Source of the DNA: Monocercomonoides exilis PA203
Taxonomy: Eukaryota > Protista > Preaxostyla
Reading direction: 5' to 3'
Length of the DNA: 64,000 bases
NCBI GenBank assembly: GCA_001643675.2
Contig: LSRY02000071.1
Span: forward strand, 1 to 64,000
Shown here: piece after piece, positions 60,268 through 64,000 of the stretch
How positions within the stretch are numbered: position 1 is the first letter of the stretch
How the letters are laid out: each line of letters begins with the position of its first letter
Made by a program: the position numbers and the translations under genes
The notes under the pieces: model-generated
Seen by the model: only the letters and a program-made list of their open reading frames with translations
Databases searched by the model: none
What the model was told of the DNA's origin: nothing

Positions 60268-61851
60268 TTGAGAGGTAGAGGAAGAGATGAAGGAGGAGAG
60301 AGCGGAGGAAAGAGAGGTGGAGGAAGAGGAAGTGAAAGAAGAGAAGAAAAAAGAGAAGAAGAAAGCGAAGGAGGAGGGAGTGTTCTGGTGAGTGAGTCTG
60401 GTTTCTCATCTTTTTGTGTGATGTCAGCCCCGTTTCTGGCACCTCCCCTGGCACCCCTTGTATCTCTTTCCAAACTGACCTTCTTCAACGTCTCCACAAA
60501 TCCACAGAAAACAAGACAACTGGGTGAAAGTCTGAGCCAAACATCATTTCTGATGAGTGGATGCACATTTTCATCAGTGTGGGATGTGTATGATGGGGGC
60601 ATTGTCCCCTCGCTGAACAGCCCCTCATCTTCATTGGCTGCCTCAAACACCTCATTTGTCAGATGCTATCGGTCTCAGAATGTTGCAGTCAATGGGAGTG
60701 AAGGGAATCCATCGAAACCAGCGAGACAGCAGATTACAGACAATGGGGCGAATTCATTCACTTGGTGTGTGTGGAATGGGTCAAATACAACTGGAACAGG
60801 AACTTCTTATTCAGATGGAACTTCAAATGGTGGAGCAATTTACATGTATAATAAGGCATCAGGAACACTTTCAGTGAAGTTTTGTTCGTTCAATGACTGC
60901 ACTGCATATTGGGATGGTGGAGGAATTTTTTGCGTTTCAATAAATTCCATCAAGATTGAGAACAACTCATTCAATGCATGCTCTGCTCAAAATTGGGCTG
61001 GAGGAGGGATGCTTGCTGAATCAATTTCGTCGTGTGTCAGGATAAGTGGTTGTGAATTCCAGAAATGTTCTGCAAAATATAATGGAGGAGGACTTTTTCT
61101 AAATTCTTTTAATATTTCTGGATCTTCATGTGTTGGAACGGAAAGTGGCAAAGGAGAGAGTGCTTGTGTGTTTGAGTGTTTCTTCACTTCATGTACACTT
61201 TCGAGCACTGGCGGAGGAGGGATGTTTTGCCAAAATGTTCCAGCTGCATTCAAAATGAGGAGCCTCCAGTTCATTTCGTGCTCAGCTGTATCATATGGCG
61301 GAGGATTGTATTTTTATCCATATCAATCAACAGCTCCAAGCAACAACATTTATTGCTATTTCTTCTTCTTCCATGATTGTAGTTGCAACGCTTCCACTCC
61401 ATATGGCCACGATGTGTATTTTCGAGATGACTACAATCTGTTTTCATCGGCTAACCCGTTCTATGAATCATATACAACGAATAGCAATGATACGAGAGTG
61501 TGCCGTTATTATAAATCTGGAAGTTGGTATTATCAATATACAGAAAAGAAGGATTGGCTGAAGGAAGGGATGAAGGATCGGTTTGTTGGGGTGGGTGGAA
61601 GTGACTCGAGCAATCTGTGTGGGATGAGTGAGGCAGCACCTTGCAAGACAGTGGGGCATGCGGTGGGGTCGAGCATGGCGCAGCTGAGCTCGACAATCAC
61701 AGTGCTGAGTGGGAAGCATGTGAGTGAAGGGGCGACAATCAATGTCTGGGGAAAGAAGATAATAATATTTTGGAAAAATGATAAAAAGAAGGTGGAGAAG
61801 CAAATGAATGGCAAATATTTTCTGGCATTATTTTTTTGGGAAATTTGCTGA
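60268..61851 (+). CDS. Cys-rich beta-helix surface protein-like, copy I (most divergent)
   Basis: 527-aa ORF with the same framework (YDGGIVPSLN, ANSFTWCVWNGS, ESACVFECFFTSC, KKDWLK) and a third type of C-terminal module. Confidence 0.75.
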   Translation: MRGRGRDEGGESGGKRGGGRGSERREEKREEESEGGGSVLVSESGFSSFCVMSAPFLAPPLAPLVSLSKLTFFNVSTNPQKTRQLGESLSQTSFLMSGCTFSSVWDVYDGGIVPSLNSPSSSLAASNTSFVRCYRSQNVAVNGSEGNPSKPARQQITDNGANSFTWCVWNGSNTTGTGTSYSDGTSNGGAIYMYNKASGTLSVKFCSFNDCTAYWDGGGIFCVSINSIKIENNSFNACSAQNWAGGGMLAESISSCVRISGCEFQKCSAKYNGGGLFLNSFNISGSSCVGTESGKGESACVFECFFTSCTLSSTGGGGMFCQNVPAAFKMRSLQFISCSAVSYGGGLYFYPYQSTAPSNNIYCYFFFFHDCSCNASTPYGHDVYFRDDYNLFSSANPFYESYTTNSNDTRVCRYYKSGSWYYQYTEKKDWLKEGMKDRFVGVGGSDSSNLCGMSEAAPCKTVGHAVGSSMAQLSSTITVLSGKHVSEGATINVWGKKIIIFWKNDKKKVEKQMNGKYFLALFFWEIC

Positions 61852-63316
61852 GAAGAGAATAAAGAACAAATCAGTCAACTTTTTTCCTCAACCCAAATTA
61901 GCAGTTCGATTTGTCAACGTCACTTCTTTTTTAAAAAAAAAACAAATGGAATTTTCTCAACTTAAAAAAAGAAAAGAAAAAGATTTTTTTGTATCACTTA
62001 TTTTGCAATTCACGAGACATATTGGAAAAAATAGTTTGACTTCTGGAGAGAAATGAATATTTTTGTTATTTTTTTCTCAAAGAAAATGAAAAATATGTGA
62101 GGAAAAACATGAATTTTCAAGAATTTTATACATAATTCATTAAAACCTCCTTTCTCGATTAATCTAACAGTTGCTTCAAAAAATTAATAAAAAAATAAAT
62201 TTTGGTAAGATGTAACAAATTGGGTCCCAATTTTTGCTGTGAAAAAATTAGAATGCTGTAGCAAATTTGACACACTCGAATGAAAACATTCTTCCAATGA
62301 TATTTTTTGTTCTGAAAAATCATGATTTTTATTGAAAAATCCTATCATAACATTATTTTTAAATCATTATCACTCAAATGGTGGAACAGATCCATTCAAA
62401 AATTTTTTCAGGATAATGAAAAGAAAACTTTAAAGATGATGAAATATCTACAGATTCTGTTAATAAAAACAATTTTATTTGAGGATTTTTTGATTAAAGT
62501 TAAATAAAGAAGGAAATATGTTGGAGAATGAAGAAAAAATCTAATGTTTCTATCAATTTTTGAAAATTCTTGTTCGGTTTTTGGTAGTGAACCAGAATTG
62601 TTCTTTAGATTTGTTAATTCGTTAAAACAAAATTATTCATTTTTTTATCGAATTATCAACAATGGAGTATTTTTAAGATATAATTCAAGATGATTATTAA
62701 AAAAAATTTTTGGACCCAATTCTTTACACTTTACCTAAATATTCATATCTTAAAACCATTTTAAGTGAATTTTTTATTTTCAAAAAATTCTTTCATAGTG
62801 TAAATTTTTTTTCAATGAAAACGCCTTTAGCGGTATATTTTGCCTCATGCATCATCCTGCAGAAGCATCATTCATGAGCATTGCAGCAAATGCACGAGTG
62901 TCAATGATGCTTTGAATTAGAATTTCATTTTTCTTTCTTTTTTTATTGGTTTATTTGCTTAGCTCGTTATTTAATAAATGTGGAAATATCAACGCGTAAA
63001 AAATATAAGTTGAACAAATAAATCTGCACAACAAACTTTTGAAAAAACATCTGATATTGTTATTTTCACTTTTTCGTCTTATTTCTCAGTGTTTCTTGAA
63101 AATTTTCAAAGCGAAATTTTTTGACAGAAAACAAATGATATCAAAAAGGAATTAACTGTCGATTGAAAAATAGGAATTACTTTTCATTTAATAGCTGCTC
63201 ATTTTTTTCAGTGTGCATTTCTCACACAATCATGTTGTGCTTTGTTCAAAATGATATTATTTATTCAGAATTGTTTTATTCTTTATTTTTCCAACATATT
63301 TGTGTTGTTGGATAAA

Positions 63317-64000
63317 GAAGCCATGGGGATATGTTGGTGACTGATTTTTGAACACAACCAGGTTTATCATTTTATTCTGACCGTTATTTATATGAGTAAT
63401 AATTTTTGAAAAATCACAAAACACTTATTTTTTGTATTTCTTTTTGAAATGTTTTTTATTCATTTCAATTCCTTATGTTACTCATGCTTCACAAATGAGT
63501 TTGTCACAATAAATTTTGAATGAACAACAACGAAATGTGTTTGTCAATGTTTTGGGTGATAATCTTTGAAATCATAACTTTTTTAGAAGTGCTAATCAAT
63601 AAAACATTTATGTTTGAAATATAAATTTTTTTTTGTTGTTCCCAAAATACTTTATCAAAATTGATGTTGTGAACTGTTGAATTTGAATTTTCACTTATTT
63701 TCCTATGATGAATATTTTCTAATTAATGTTCGAAAGAAATTGTGATTTCAAAGATGATCACCCAAAACATTGACAAACACATTTCGTTGTTGTTCATTCA
63801 AAATTTATTGTGACAAACTCATTTGTGAAGCATGAGTAACATAAGGAATTGAAATGAATAAAAAACATTTCAAAAAGAAATACAAAAAATAAGTGTTTTG
63901 TGATTTTTCAAAAATTATTACTCATATAAATAACGGTCAGAATAAAATGATAAACCTGGTTGTGTTCAAAAATCAGTCACCAACATATCCCCATGGCTTC
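63317..64000. repeat. Near-perfect inverted repeat running off the window end
   Basis: 63317-63574 is the reverse complement of 63743-64000, with a ~170-bp spacer. Confidence 0.92.

Noticed and set aside
5016-61851. Diversity-generating retroelement behind beta-helix variation
   Set aside because: There is no reverse transcriptase and no template/variable repeat pair with adenine-only differences; variation is block-wise.

Overview
AT-rich eukaryotic (protist) DNA read in the standard genetic code. Its composition and expanded gene families resemble an oxymonad such as Monocercomonoides; this is an inference from recalled motifs, not a search. Two systems dominate. (1) A 5.2-kb inserted element (10941-16133) has two apparently identical 1370-bp terminal inverted repeats. 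Each starts with a ~248-nt imperfect fold-back hairpin and carries an intact 76-aa basic ORF plus iteron-like repeats. The unique core is a single 755-codon frame encoding an AEP (Prim-Pol) primase-polymerase fused to an SF3 (D5/NrS-1-like) helicase, broken by four in-frame stops and no frameshifts. A 6-bp target duplication (CATTAT) flanks it, yet it encodes no integrase, protein-primed PolB or capsid. It looks like an integrated, hairpin-ended linear replicon, and I do not recognise it as a named element class. (2) Nine copies of a Cys-rich GG-repeat right-handed beta-helix (Pmp/pectin-lyase-like) surface-protein gene. Their cores are mostly open but their ends are decayed or truncated, variation is concentrated just before the GG motifs, and near-identical blocks are shuffled between copies, as in a cassette repertoire. 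The window also holds a ~3.1-kb inverted duplication, several fold-back repeats in AT-rich spacers (one running off the window end), two host pseudogenes, a 1786-codon low-complexity ORF and microsatellites.
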